Of a stretch of 28,326 bases of DNA, positions 28,045-28,326 are shown piece by piece. Each line of letters begins with the position of its first letter. Position 1 is the stretch's first letter. The notes under the pieces were generated by a model. It was not told the DNA's origin and did no database searches. It saw nothing but the letters and a program-made list of their open reading frames with translations. The stretch comes from Candidatus Eiseniibacteriota bacterium (GTDB taxonomy: Bacteria; Eisenbacteria; RBG-16-71-46; DASYSL01). The stretch is taken from contig JBKJJJ010000061.1 of NCBI GenBank assembly GCA_046598045.1, positions 1 to 28,326 of the forward strand, in the 5' to 3' direction. The translations under genes and the position numbers were made by a program.

Positions 28045-28326
28045 CTACTTTTTATCCTGTGCCGTTTCCGTCGTCGTCGAATTCGCCTTCTTGATCACGG
28101 TGACCTTGTACGGCTGTTCCACCACGGGCGCCGCCACCGGAACCGCTTTGTCGCGGTAGACGATCGTCGTCCTCGCGGGCGCGCGTCGCGCCCCGCCGCT
28201 CGAGGGCGTCGGCCCGTTGCCGAGCAGCTCCCGCGTGTCCAGCGACGCGACCTTGCTCGTGTCCGCGTCCTCGGGGTTGCGCAGGGTCAGGTGGATCTTG
28301 CCCTCGTGCATCGCGAGCGCCATGCG
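28045..28326 (-). CDS. cpaB: Flp pilus assembly protein CpaB/RcpC, C-terminal fragment (gene starts beyond the window)
   Basis: ALAMHEGKIHLTLRNPED matches the CpaB C-terminal LALRNPxD pattern, followed by a Pro-rich linker and VTVIK. Lies directly upstream of cpaC. Confidence 0.8.
   Translation of the reverse strand, partial: RMALAMHEGKIHLTLRNPEDADTSKVASLDTRELLGNGPTPSSGGARRAPARTTIVYRDKAVPVAAPVVEQPYKVTVIKKANSTTTETAQDKK

Overview
High-GC bacterial window with no rRNA, tRNA, CRISPR array or transposase that I can see. From left to right it holds: the 3' part of a sigma54 enhancer-binding protein, an EamA transporter, an old yellow enzyme, a CPD photolyase plus a small membrane protein, and a minus-strand run of DUF2007-like, deoxyhypusine-synthase-like, trxB and ETF-QO genes. 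Next come a sigma54-driven GAF/coiled-coil/GAF protein, two unrelated secreted proteins flanking a DUF1223 gene, an NtrC-type regulator/histidine kinase/lipoprotein operon, a YjgR/DUF853 ATPase, DUF192, and most of a Tad/Flp pilus operon (cpaB partial, cpaC, tadG-like, cpaE, cpaF, tadB, tadC). Four observations stand out. (1) The two secreted proteins end in the same short tail, P-A-x-x-x-[ST]-W-G-S-[IV]-K-x-x-Y-R, a candidate C-terminal sorting signal; from memory this is typical of Ca. Eisenbacteria and related FCB-associated lineages. (2) A candidate sigma54-dependent small RNA (~18488-18590) is divergent from the two-component operon, with a -24/-12 box, tandem enhancer-like sites and its own terminator. 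(3) A 122-bp inverted-repeat element encloses five 9-bp CGTAC repeats upstream of the photolyase genes. (4) An unannotated 35-aa membrane peptide closes the tad operon. All calls come from reading motifs; no searches were run.
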